Positions 27,523 to 41,149 of a stretch of DNA of 64,000 nt are shown here, piece after piece. Location of the stretch: assembly GCA_951406725.2 (NCBI GenBank), contig OX597823.1, positions 20,832,001 to 20,896,000 on the forward strand, in the 5' to 3' direction. The position numbers and the translations under genes were made by a program. Origin of the DNA: Octopus vulgaris (taxonomy: Eukaryota). A model generated the notes under the pieces. That model worked only from the letters and a program-made list of their open reading frames with translations, made no database searches and had not been told where the DNA came from. Position 1 is the first letter of the stretch. The number at the start of each line of letters is the position of its first letter.

Positions 27523-27844
27523 ACAATCACAGTTGTCGATGAAAAGTAGGTTCCCCTCACAAACACTTATCCCTTTTCTAGTATCGTAAATACACTGATA
27601 TCGAAAAGGTGTAATCAAGCAATAATAAATCTTAGAGCGATTTATAAACAGTAGCTGCAACACATCGTGACGTATATTTGCCATTTAAATATGGCTTAAG
27701 AAATTTGAGGTCACGAGTCAAACTCTCAGCTTCACTTTAAGTAAAAATGTATATCTTCTACAACATGTATTGAGCTCTCCTTTATCATTTGTTCCACATA
27801 TACAACGTATGTATTGTGTGTATGTATGCATGCATGCATGTATG

Positions 27845-27878
<34 letters not shown>

Positions 27879-28796
27879 TGTATGTATGTATGTATGTATG
27901 TATGTATGTGTACTGGATTTCTGCTGAGTCGCTGTCTAGCCATTTTCGCTTCCAGCCCGTAGTTTCATATAGTGATAATATCACATGTTTTGTACGTGAG
28001 TGCAGTAAATTTAGTTAAAAAGAAGTGAGACTATGCGTAATAACTCGACCGTTAGGCAACTTTTATTATATTTTTCCATACAAAATTTTGCGAAACAACA
28101 AATTTAAATTATATTATAATATGACTTATTGATGGATAAATAGAGATCGCCTCTCATAGGGAGCAATTAGGAGTATATTCCTACGTCACAGTAGTACAGA
28201 AATTTATAAAATATGATTTGAATGAAAATGAAAATAAAAAATTCTTGAAATAAACGCAAGAAAGATGAAGTTAGAGCTGTCATGAAATAAACAGTATGTC
28301 AGTGTCTAGAATATATCTTTTTTGACACACAGTATTAAATTAAAATCAAATGGAGTTTACTAAAGCAGTAGAGAAGTTTTAAATGTGTTGTTTTGTTATT
28401 TATAAAGTCTTTTCAAAAACTCCGTGAAAATATCCAAAGATGAAGAAACGTCTACGCGGTCACTGAATCTGGTAAAAATAACAACCAAATCTCCATCAAG
28501 TCACATGTGAACGTCAAAGAAAGGAAATCTAGATTAGAAAATTTATTTCTCGATATAGTAGATGATTCGGCGATCATGATTGTAAGGAATATCTTTGTGG
28601 GTTATTCATGTGTTCAATCAGATTTTAATTAGGACTAAGCAATGAGATATGTTCACGACAATGAGGATAAAAATCCCATGAATTGGCTATTGTAGGTTTG
28701 CAAGATATACAGTAACAATATATTATTTTATATTTTAAATTGGGAATCGAACGTTGAAAATGAACTCCATGAAGCAACTGCCAAAAAAATATTATA

Positions 28797-29011
28797 TTGG
28801 TGCATAATTATTGCGGCATTTTTCAACAAATTTTATTCAACAAAAACAATACCAATATTTAACAAAAACATGACGGTCAGACCGTCTGCCAAGCAAATGG
28901 GAAACACTAATTGAAGTAGATTGTGTATATGCACCGGAATAATCATTTAAAGATGTTTTTGTTACATGTTGTTATTGTTTTTGTTGAATAAAATTTGTTG
29001 GGAAAACCCAA
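28797..29011 (+). mobile_element. Mariner-derived MITE
   Basis: TA-flanked ends with long inverted arms CAACAAATTTTATTCAACAAAAACAATA / TATTGTTTTTGTTGAATAAAATTTGTTG. Internal RLPSKWETLIEVDCVY resembles a mariner transposase C-terminus. Confidence 0.75.
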
Positions 29012-30435
29012 TATATAAAATCGATAAAAGTTACACATTGAATAGAAAACAAGCTAAGGATACCCGACATGACCGCTTGCCCTGCTTAAACTCCCTCAAA
29101 TAACAGCTACAGACTGGAAAGGAAACATTAATCTAATCTTATATACTCATCAAAACATCGTTTGATTACAGCTAGACTGCTATAGATTATTGGCCGGGTC
29201 AATCAAATTTGGACTGGGGACAAGCGCTACTCCCATCAATGTGTATCAGTTAGAATGTTCAGCTGCGTTGCTCTGCTACGTAAAAAGACAATATTTCAAT
29301 ATTTGAAGAGCATTTGGTGCAGTATGCTGTAGGCTTAAGAATTTCACTTAGCAACTATTTGAAATCAGATGTAAAAAATAATGCCTTGTAAATGAAAATT
29401 AGTTGAAGGAAATATTGTGAAAGCCTATTACAAGGTGCGTTAATGTTCTGGGTGTAAAAGTGTGCATCATCCACTTCACAAACAACTCCTAACCTTGAGT
29501 GTCTTTAGAGGAATCCATTCTATTATACACATGGGAAACAGATCTGTGTTTTAAGGAGAACTTTCTTTCTCTCGTTCCGCCTGTCTCGAACGTCCTAAAA
29601 AAACAATATGTGCCGTGTTTAATTGTCCAAGTTATTATTACATAAGTTTTCATAAGTCCCGAAAAGTAATCGATAATCGATAAACAGGTGGAAATTGAGT
29701 ATCAGAGAAAGCAACATTGTGGGAACAGATACAGTATATAAGAGAAATGGATGATCTTGCAATATCATAAATTGTTTGGCATATGATATTGCAAAATTAA
29801 TTGATGCGTCTTCCTGCTAGGTAGAAAGACAATATTTCAAGTGGAAAAAGTAATTTCGATTGAAAATCATTTGGCGCAGTATGTTGTAGGCTGAAGAAGC
29901 TTACTTTGTAATTACTTGGTGCAGTACAAATATATTTGCATTTTAATTACAATCTGCTTTTTAAAATTTCAAGTGTTAGAATTTCTATAAGTTAGAAAGT
30001 GGAAGTATACGAGATTTATAATTTCATTATTGAAGATATATTACTTTGCTAATTTTGCCACACGTTAACCAGTTCAATAGTAATACTTTCTATATTGTAT
30101 TGGTAACAATATCTTATATTTGCTCGAGTACAATGCATCTTTCTCTCTGTTAGTATAAGGACTATGGCTAGTTAAATCTATGTGTTCACTGGGACTGGCA
30201 TATTTTTTTTATTACGGCTGATATGGATTAAGCCAACTCTGAATTTGAAACCAGAAAGACGATATAATGTAATCAATCATACTATCGTTCCTGCAAACAA
30301 AAGTTAGAAGTTTCTCTCTCTCTCTTTTCTACAGCATCGGACCAACCAAAGCCTTGTGGCTGGATTTAGTAGACGAAAGCTCAAAGAAGCCTGTCGTATA
30401 CATACATATACATACATAGACACACACACACACAC

Positions 30436-30508
<73 letters not shown>

Positions 30509-30880
30509 TCAGCCGAGGTTGCGAGGATAATCCGGTTCTTAACTGGGGATTGGGGGCTTCGAATGACCCGTCCGTTTTTTTGTGTCGTCTGTTTGAGTGT
30601 TTTGCGTTCTTGTCCCATTTTGGATTTTTATATATATTTTTTATACATAAATATATATATGTATGTATATATGTTTACATATATTCAGGGCGAATACTTG
30701 ATAATTGTAAGCACCTGTATATACCATTTAGTGGTGTAGGTGATAGCCCGAAACATATGTACCGCTAAATCCTTTGCATCAGGTTTTTATTTTGATATGT
30801 ATACATATATTTTCGAGTTACAGTCATTCATCAGGTGGTTTAAATATTTATCTTGGCTAGGTTTAAACAATGAACTCATT

Positions 30881-30952
30881 TAAACCACCTGATGAATGAC
30901 TGTAACTCGAAAATTTAAAGAAATTAACAGCCATGAAACGATCGTAGTGTTA
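30881..30952 (+). ncRNA. Minimal type I hammerhead ribozyme motif
   Basis: AAACCAC-CUGAUGA-AUGACUGU..ACAGCCAU-GAAA-CGAUCG-UA-GUGUUA: intact core, palindromic stem III, imperfect stem I. Confidence 0.75.
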
Positions 30953-31075
30953 TATTAATTATAATTTTTTAATAATTTTGTTATATATTTAAATAATATA
31001 AATTATATAATCTTATGTATTGGCTTAAGTTTTTCATTGTATGATTTGCCTAATAGTGGTTTTGTCTCTAATTTA

Positions 31076-31131
<56 letters not shown>

Positions 31132-31687
31132 CATATACATAGACACAAGCACACTCGCACACACTCGCACATACACAAACACACACACACTCTCACACAT
31201 ACACAAATATTTATTTATTTATACTCAGATATTGAATAAGGCAGTTTGTTTGTAAGAAAGGTGAGAAGTGAGTATGGTAACGTCGGATATTGGTGACACT
31301 ACGTCTGAACAAAACGGCTTATAATCCATTTACAGTATACACCATTATTGAAATATCATATAATTGATAAAATGCATTAAAAAATGATTACAATAATCAG
31401 CATAATTTTTATAATTTGATATTTTTAGTAAAGTTTTCATTCTGGTTGTGTTTTCTTTATTTCAAACGAATGTTTATTTAATGTTACGGTCACTATCCAA
31501 ACTCCGTTAGGTACAACGCCATTTGTTTATATATTCATGTAAAACTCCATAAGGATGACTATATATAGAAACATACATAACTACATACACACACATACAA
31601 TCACACACACGCAAGCACAGATATATACACACTGAAAAACACATATACATGCATGTGTAAATGTACTCAGCTACGATAATGCATATA

Positions 31688-31734
31688 CAGTAGTACCTAG
31701 GTTTTCGAACAACTCTGATCGCGAATAATTCGTG

Positions 31735-31782
<48 letters not shown>

Positions 31783-31941
31783 TGTACATTTAAACACGTA
31801 AGAGGCATCCGCCATAGGAATCCTGGCACACTACAAGGAACAGCCGAAGACCAAACCACTATTAGGGATAGAAATTTCGAAGGGAAAAATAAAAATATTT
31901 TCTACACGCTAGGCCACTGGTGGTCTAAAATATTTATTACC

Positions 31942-31998
<57 letters not shown>

Positions 31999-32161
31999 TT
32001 AGAGAGAGAGAGATAGATAGATATAAATATATATATTAAGCACGATTTATTTGTGATTAGAGGCGTTCCTAAACAACTGTATTAAATGAATATGAAAAGG
32101 ACAGCAGATAAAGTACGATACGATTTATTCGTGATCAGATTGTTCGAAAACCGATGTTCTA

Positions 32162-32164
<3 letters not shown>
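31688..32164. mobile_element. pogo/Tigger-type MITE interrupted by (TA)n tracts and a nested insert
   Basis: TA|CAGTAGTACCTAGGTTTTCGAACAA ... TTGTTCGAAAACCGATGTTCTACTG|TA imperfect TIRs with TA TSD. Confidence 0.7.
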
Positions 32165-32255
<91 letters not shown>

Positions 32256-32372
32256 GTATATATATGTATATATATATATATAAATTAGATTAAAAACACC
32301 TTTTATCAATTCAATAATGAAAAATTAGATTACACCTGTAAGTTTGGAATAATAATAATAATAATAATAATA

Positions 32373-32426
<54 letters not shown>

Positions 32427-32427
<1 letters not shown>

Positions 32428-32802
32428 GAGTAAAATGCCCCCTTCCACGTCCAATGGACGGTGCTGAGTTGTTAAACATTTAAACCACATTTTCTCAAAA
32501 CAAGTTGTCCGACCGTCCCATAGGCTTCCCCTTTGAGAAACACTGATTCAACCTAAATTTGAGACACCGTGCATTTTCTCGCGTAAGCGTAGTATCGATC
32601 GCAACAGCTGATGTACTTGCGCGTGCAAATGCACGTTCCTACGGCTTTATCGATCGCATTCTCACCAAGAATCAATTTTTGTAATTTTTGTAATTTTTTC
32701 AAGACTTGTACACGCCCTTATACCGTCGGCAATCGGATGGAGGATGCCCGAGATTCTAGAAGACACACACACAGACAGACAGAACGGATTTTATATAAAA
32801 GA
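32427..32802 (-). mobile_element. Second non-autonomous Helitron family
   Basis: Minus strand A|TCTTTTATATAAAATCC then (CTGT)n, hairpin CGTCC-ATT-GGACG, terminus CTCG|T (variant of CTRR). Confidence 0.65.
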
Positions 32803-33314
32803 TATATAAACATCATGACTAAACAACAAAGCTGTTTAGAGCTCCCCGCCAAAGTAATGTTCAATGTATTTTATTGTAGTCATACTTAGTAATACGAATA
32901 CAAGTTGTATTAATTGCTGGTTGTCGTAGTTATCAGTTCAGGAATAAGTATTTCACCATAAACCAGAGTATTGGGTGTTGTTATACACTGCTGGTCGGTC
33001 ATTGTTGTGTCCTTCAAGTGGTAAGCACGATATTCGCTCTGAACGGCGCCTTCATCCCTCGCAGCTTAACTCACAGATGAATTTACTTTAACAAGGTGAA
33101 GTAAAGTGTTTTTACATAAGAACACAACAGACTGACAGGTCAGGAAATCGAAACTATGGTCTTTCGATCGTGAGTGCTACACACTAACCACTACGCCACG
33201 CATCTTCAGGAATAACAATATGTTTCATAAATAAATAACTGGAAGCGACAAATCTAGTGTTTTAATTTACTTTTCGCCGGTAATTATATTTTATGCTCTC
33301 ACACAAACTGCATC

Positions 33315-33683
33315 CGCCAACCACATGCTTCCGGGTTCAGTCCCACTGCTTGGCACCTTAGGCAAGTGTCTTCTACCATAGCCTCGGGCCAACCAAAGCT
33401 TTGTGAAGGGATGTGGTAGACGGAAACTGAAAGAAGCCCGTTGTATATATGTATAAGTATATATGTGTGTTTGTGTGTGTGTGTTTGTCCTTCCGAACAT
33501 CGCTTGACAACCGATGCTGGTATGTTTACGTCCCTGTAACTTAGCGGTTCGGTAAAAAGGGAGCGATAGAATAGGTACTAGGCTTACAATGAATAAGTGC
33601 TGGGGTCAATTTCCTTGACTAAAGGCGGTGCTCCAGCAAGGTCGCAATCAAACGACTGAAATAAGTAAAAGAGTAAAAGAGTA
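33315..33683 (+). mobile_element. SINE group A, head truncated
   Basis: Colinear with 3450-3810. Confidence 0.87.
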
Positions 33684-33989
33684 ATCACAAATACTATCAC
33701 CTACGCCATCATGGAAACTGTCCTAAACCATTGCTATTGATCAACTGAACACAAATTCACCTCCCACTACAACTCATATATTAGTTTATCAATGAATTCT
33801 TTAGAAAGGTTACTTAGCCATCAGACGAACTTAATCTGTAACAGTAATAGGAAAAAGAGCAGCTTCCCTATATATGCCTCTGCCTGTTTGGGTTTTGTAA
33901 ATTTACATGCAAATTTTGCTTATTAAGCAAAATGAAGAGCAATGACATATTATGTAATAGTAGTATATTGTATTAGTAAATATATCCGT

Positions 33990-34375
33990 CGCTATTCTTG
34001 GCACAAGGCTTGAAATTTTGGAGGTGGGGCCCAGTCGATTAGATTGACTCAGTACGCAACTGGTACTTAATTTTTCGACCCCGAAAGATAAAGTCAACCT
34101 GAGCAGAATTTGAACTCAGAACGTAAAGATAGATGAAATACCTATTTCTTTACTACACACAAGAGGCTAAACACAGAGAGGACAAACAAGGACAGACAAA
34201 CGGATTAAGTCGATTATATCGACCGCAGTGCGTAACTGGTACTTATTTAATCGACCCCGAAAGGATGAAAGGCAAAGTCGACCTCGGCGGAATTTGGACT
34301 CAGAACGTAACGGCAGACGAAAAACCGCTAAACATTTCGCCCGGCGTGCAAACGTTTCTGCCAGCTCGCCGCCTT
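33990..34375 (-). mobile_element. SINE group B, dimeric form
   Basis: Reverse complement of the 19643-20042 layout. Confidence 0.85.
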
Positions 34376-34472
34376 AAATATGAACAATATTTCGTCCAGA
34401 GTGCTACCGATTCTGCTAGCTCGCCGCCTTATGTTAATAAATATATTAATAAGAGACATAACATATTATTAG

Positions 34473-34748
34473 TAAAAGGCGACGAGCTGGCAAAACCGTT
34501 AGCACACCGGGCGAAATGCTACGCTCTGAATTCAAATTCCGCCGAGGTTGACTTTGCCTTTTATCCTTTCGGGATTGATTAAATAAGTACCAGTTTCGCA
34601 CTGGGGTCGATATAATCGACTTAATCCGTTAGTCTGTTATTGTTTTATGCTCTCTGTGTTTAGCCCCTTGTGCGTACTAGTGTCGATCTAATCGACTGGG
34701 TCCCCTCCCCAGAAATTTCGTGCCTTGTGCATAGAGTAGAAAAGAATA
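34473..34748 (+). mobile_element. SINE group B, internally deleted
   Basis: AAAAGGCGACGAGCTGGC head and Meta-like domain. Confidence 0.82.
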
Positions 34749-35433
34749 TATTATTAGTATATATAATCCATAAGTAGTGATATTAGGCTATGTCCCTTTA
34801 TGTACGTTATCAAATCAAATCAAATTCCGCCAACATTTCAGTTTAATTTCCCATTTGAGTTCGATATTATTGGTGTTGCTGTAACCGAATATATTTAAGA
34901 ATTTGGTTGCTTCACATAGCAGCAGTACACTCTCTAAATAAACAAAGCGATTTGCAAGGAGAGAATATCCAATGGATATCAATATTTCAGAATAAAAAGT
35001 AAGGTCGTGAGAATTTGAACTTAGAACTTGCAAGACTAACAAGGTAACTCAAGGCATTTTGACACAAAATACTTTCACCTCGAACTTTATTCCCTATGTC
35101 GGCATCTGTAGACTTCGATATCAGCATCAAGGAAGGTAAGCTCGAGAAGAGGGTAAAAATTCACTGTGCCGTTGCTGAACACAGAAATTAAATTAAATAT
35201 ATTACCGTAACGTACTTTATCTGCCACTCCTAGAATACACCCCAATCCACTATCAATATCGTTAAAACTTTAGTGAATTGAGGGAAAAATCGTAAGCTAC
35301 TTTCTGTATTTCAGATTTGTCATGCAATGGTAAAATATGTTCATAATAATGCAATGGCTTCAAATCTTTGCACGACGTCAGCAAATTTAGGTGGATTGGG
35401 TCACATGCTTGCCTGTTACTTTAGTTTGTAACT

Positions 35434-35821
35434 TTGGTGGAGGCGCAATGGCCCAGTGGTTAGGGTAGCGGACTCGCGGTCATAGGATCGCGGTTTCGAT
35501 TCCCAGACCGGGCGTTGTGAGTGTTTATTGAGCGAAAACACCTAAAGCTCCACGAGGCTCCGGCAGGGGATGGTGGCGATCCCTGCTGTACTCTTTCACC
35601 ACAACTTTCTCTCACTCTTACTTCCTGTTTCTGTTGTACCTGTATTTCAAAGGGCCGGCCTTGTTACTCTCTGTGTCACACTGAATATCCCCCAGAACTA
35701 CGTTAAGGGGTACACATGCCTGTGGAGTGCTCAGCCACTTGCACGTTAATTTCACGAGCAAGCTGTTCTGTTGATCGGATCAACTGGAACCCTCGTCGTC
35801 GTAACCGACAGAGTGCTTCCC
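35434..35821 (+). mobile_element. SINE group C, tail type 2, full length
   Basis: 11-bp TSD AGTTTGTAACT at 35423-35433 and 35822-35832; colinear with 25131-25512. Confidence 0.93.
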
Positions 35822-35999
35822 AGTTTGTAACTCTGAAAGGATGAAAGGATGTTTCAGTCATCCGTATGGAACATGAACCACAAAAAGGAAATCTCAACAC
35901 GGTGCCGACATCTCCTGAGATTCATACACATGTAATCGACGGTTGATTAAAACTTTGCTGACTATGAAGCTGCATTCAGGGGGCGACGGAGGGGGTAAT

Positions 36000-38900
36000 G
36001 ACGTTTAGCTGATTTCGCTCCTACCAATATCCGTTTCCTCAGAAATTCCCGAAATTATTTTTTTGAGAACACCATATATAATTATGCAGTAATTTTGATT
36101 ACGACAAAATTCTTTCATTTCAGCCGCCAGATGAAATTGTATCGAGACACAGGTTCTCTATCCAAAAATCAAAGAAAGAAGCATAGACCAGAGAGCTTGT
36201 TGATGAATGTGTATGATCACTTCAGAAACAGCTTAGATTGTAACTTCAAAAGCGCCACAGTCTACGTATACAGCAATGAAAATATTTTCAAATCCTTAAT
36301 AAGCAAAATCTCTTCTCTTCGTTAAACGAACGACATTCATTAGAAATCGAAATCCTAGCTTTGAATGCTGCCGTAAGTCCAGATAGTGTTTCCGAAATAG
36401 GTATAATAGATTCTCAGACGTACGGTGCAGCACTTTATTTGAAATATCACGAGGGAGCTTCCAGCGCAATCACTTTGGAAGAATTTTTTGAAACTGAAAC
36501 AAGTCAGACCACACGTGCAACTACAATTTTTTAATGATTTTGAAAAAAAGTAACTGCACAAATATGTAATTTGAACAGTAATCTTCCGTGACATAATCAT
36601 ACCCAATGTCCTGTCCGCAATACAGCTTGATTCAAATGTAAGATAAAAAGGACACTTGTCAAAGGTTTTTAGATTCTTGAATGAACCAGTGAGTGATTCT
36701 ATTTCGTCAAAAACAAAAAAGGTTGCCTTGTATCTTTTATAACAAATTTCTCCAGTATTGACTTAATAATTAGCGGACCTTCAAAACTAGTCACTTTAAC
36801 ATAAATAGTTCCAAAATAGTTCTCTTTGAATTAGTTATGCTTGTCTACGTTTGCCGACTAAAAAATTATAATAATATGATATCGATGGTTTTAGTCTGCT
36901 CCACTGAACAATCGAGGAATTTTGTGAAATACGCTTAAATTTAAAAGACCGTCTGTTCAACTAAAAACATTTCCTTTACTAGCCGACTACTCTACAATCG
37001 TTATTTCGCTTTTGTGATTATATTCTATTGTTAAATTTGAAATGACCGCCCTTCCCACCAAATGGTCTTGGAGGTTTCTCTTTCAACTTTTGCTAACAAT
37101 CAACACATCTAGATCCTTGTTGCATTTGTCACAAGACGTAACTCTTGTAATTACAAATACGACGGCTTATATTCTCTTAAACAGCATTTAGTGTCATCTA
37201 CTTACATAATATATCCTACTTTGTTATTTACTAATTTCAAAACAATTATTTCAGTTCAAACATCTTAGTTTCTCACTTACAAATGGCGATGGGTTCCACA
37301 GAATTATAGTAGACACGGTATATTCATGAAAACGAGTTAGAAGACAAGCACACTTGTTTAGAGGACATCGCCACGAGTAGTGAAGCCAAAAAGGAACCAA
37401 ACCCCAAATTATCTAACCATAAAATTTGTTCTTAATACAATATGGCACGGAATGTCAATAAATATAATTTTTCGATTGAATCTATCTGCATTCTAGGTTA
37501 TCAAATTAGCCATAAGGATTCGCATCATGAGGTTTCACGTTTAACGTCTTAGGAAATGCTTGTGGCCCTTAATAAAGAATCCTTATTTCGTGCAAGTTTT
37601 GTTTGATTATCATCTCCGAAGGGCTCCTTTCTTCTCTGAAAGAATAAAAGATAATCAACACTCAATTCCCACTCTCGGAGGAAGCTGTAATTCCAATTAG
37701 TGACAATTATTGTAGTTTATGAATACTAAATATCACGAAAATATGCTACTCGCTGAATCTGAGGCCGTCCTCGGAAATAATCTTTATCATCGCTCGTTAT
37801 CTTACATCTCTTTATCGATCACTAAATTCTGACTTCAAATACAATAGCTTTGGAGAAAAGAAACAGCTCCGAAATCCTTAGTTTATATGTTATTGAAGAC
37901 AAAAAGTAAGATTTTATCTACCATGACAGGTGTATCCCAATTGCTTGCTTGACCCCATTCCACTCTTATAGAAATTAGGTGTTAGAGCATTATGTCGATA
38001 TCTTTTGAAAAGCCGTGAAATTGCTTCCATTTTTTAAACATCCGGATGTGAATCTACTGTATCTCACATCTTAGATTCGAAGATATTCTTGTTGCCTAGA
38101 ACAACAATCTTAAACACTTTGTGACCATCTCTTCGTTTTACTTCGACTTTATGTTTACAGAAACGAGTCATACCAACATGGCTTTCTTTACCAGGGAATG
38201 TTCTGTTGAATAGATGCATTTGTGATAAGGATGACACACAAGGTTCTCTTAAATACTTACATTCGTTTTCTTCGTGGTCGAGAAGATATCGCAGCAAGTA
38301 GATACCTGGTCTCGTCAGAAAATAACCCGGATAAGGCCACCGTGAAGCATGGCGGGATTGCCCCAACTGAAGTCTCTCTAACACTTAGCTTAGACTTGTC
38401 TGTTTCTAATCCTGATCATACTAACAAAACATCTACTCACGTTATAGTGCTATATAATTCGTATTAGAAAACTAATTGAGATATCTGGTTAGAAAACTAA
38501 CTGAGACATCTGGTTACACTTTAAAAGATATTTTGAGATATTGTTCTAATGATGTAAGCTGTTTGATCATTTATATTGATCTAATCATATCAGGCTACTC
38601 TTTGCGGAAGAATGTGAGAATTTCATGCTATTATAACTACAATAGAAATCTTACCTCTTCATGAGATTCTACAGCTCTTTCTGCTGCCGCCGCATTACTT
38701 TCTTTGAAAATTGTAGTTCTGATTGTTTTGTCATAGAATTCATCAGAATATTTGTGAAATAAAGGCTGATTTACACTGTCTTGCCTCTTGGGTTATTCTT
38801 ACGTATTTAACATATTACTGTATTATATCATGCATACATGAAAAAAATCAGGAACGTGTACGAATCAAAGAAATAACTATAATGTAAATTAACGAAAATG

Positions 38901-39960
38901 TTCATAAGAATTTCTTTGAAGACCGTAATAGTACAGATGATAGTGCTATAAAAGAAATTGAATATAATGGAGACTCATTCAAAGCAGATGCTAAATATAT
39001 GAAAGAAGCCACAAGAGAAATGGTAAAAGCAAACAAATAAATAGAAAATGAAAAATATAATGAAATGAATGAAGAGGCATTCTAAAGGTTACTGACTAAA
39101 CAAACAGAATTATTTCTCTTTAGCCAATGACTTTTGCATAGTACTCGGTTATGCCTGCTTCACATAAACTTTAAACTCTGCACTGCCTACTGCGTACATA
39201 AATCGATCTTTCAGAAGTGTCAGAAGGCAAGGTGTTACCGTAACGTGGGCAGGCAGCTCTAGTGCCTGCCTTCTAGCCCTTACACAGGTCCGAATCGTGA
39301 CGTACATTCTTTGTGGCACTTCAACTAGTGACGAATAACGCTTCCTCTCCTCCAATGACAACTGCCCGATCACCTCCGGTGCAGCACTCTTTAGACAAAT
39401 AGCAAGGTTTGCCTATCATCCCAACCAGTCTGGTCAGCCAGCAGCTCAAACTGGACACGGTAGGCCGTCCACGATACTTTGCTGTCAAATTCTTGTGACT
39501 TCTCTGAATGAGAAATCTACTGCAGTCTTGCACTTCACTGGATCGGGACATAAACACTGAAGCCCCATGATTCAGAACTACCTTGTGATCACCTGCAGGC
39601 ACATCCACTCTGAAAGTTTGGGCATCTTGAAAATTCAGCTCATGTACATCGGCCTGAGCCTCAGCAGCACAAAACTTCTTCTGACCTCCATTCTTTCATC
39701 GAACCTTTAGAACTGTTGGTCAACAAGCTGCTAACACCGTGTAGCGTCATCACTCCCATCACCTCCGTTCTGTTCTGCTGTAGTCCGTCCATCACACACT
39801 TTCTCCTTGGACTGTTGTGGTTCTTCATGCAGATGATGTTTAACCTCCTTCATTACTCTCATCTATGTGTTCAGCTGCCCTGATGATGTAAGAGCAGCTC
39901 TTTCTGCTCTTTCCTTAAACTTAGTCTATTACTTTGGTCCTGTAGGATTTCCCTGATTAT
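36000..39960 (-). mobile_element. Possible highly decayed LTR retrotransposon (Gypsy-like gag-pol)
   Basis: About 4 kb free of microsatellites, with fragmentary minus-strand coding character (gag-like LLKDRFMYAV...VKQ). No intact catalytic motif or LTR pair seen. Confidence 0.35.
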
Positions 39961-39980
39961 AGCTAGAGACATCTCTTCCT

Positions 39981-40194
39981 TGGGGCTAAACATAGAGGGG
40001 ACAAACAAGGACAGACAAACGGATTAAGTCGATTACCTTGACCCCAGTGCGTAACTGGTACTTAATTTATCGATCCCGAAAGGACGAAAGGCAAAGTCGA
40101 CCTCGGTGGAATGTGAACTCAGAACATAGCGGCGAACGAAATAGGGCTACACATTTCGCCCGGCGTGCTACCGTTTCTGCCAGCTCGCCGCCTT
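39981..40194 (-). mobile_element. SINE group B monomer
   Basis: Reverse complement of 5997-6215. Confidence 0.88.
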
Positions 40195-41149
40195 CACTGT
40201 TTGAATCCTTGTGCACTCCTTCAGATTCTATGGTGAATAACTGGATCACCGCCACAAAGAAAATCCCACTTCTAACAACAATGTTACAAACGCGCGGCCT
40301 CTCTTCTGTACCAACACAGCCCCAACAGCAAAAGTAGTTCTTTCATTGATTTTTACACTGACAGGCGTCTGCTTACTACTTCCCATACACAGAGACTAGC
40401 CCTCCTTATCTACTCGTGCATTAATCGAGAATCTCGTAAACATTTGCGTAATTTCTCATCTTCTTGTACTTTATTGTTAACCAATCACCTTCCTAGCCGC
40501 TAAGTAAGCTTCACTCTCTGTACACCACCTGGCGACAAGAGACATATCATTTATCATATAACATAATTCTGAAAAGTTCTCTGACACTTTAACACGATGC
40601 AATAATACAGACTGATTACACAGAATATTACATAATTTTATACAGAAAACAAAACAACTTCACAAATTTACCATAGAAAGTCATAGTTAAGTTAACGCAA
40701 ACATAGCTTATTCTCTCCATAAGAATATTTTAATAATTGTATTTCTATTATGTGTTCACAACTCAACGGAGGACCGCTTTTGTGGCCTTGAGCACATAAG
40801 AGTTTTGTATATTAAATTCAAATTATGTGGTATTTGTACAGTATTATGTTGTGTATACTGTGCATATTCCAAAACTCTAAGCTTTCAGTTAGGTATTTGT
40901 CTGCATTCCCGAAGTAAAATTTCATCGTAGGGATAATGTATGTTTTCATTCTTCTCATCGTATACATACATACATGCATACACATGTACATACATACAAA
41001 TATACATACATACAAATATACATACATACATACAAATATACATACATACATACCCACATACACATATGTATGTATACATGCATGTATATACGAGTATGTA
41101 TGCATTTCCAGAAATTTCTACTCCAGATTATTCTACTTTTAGATTATTG

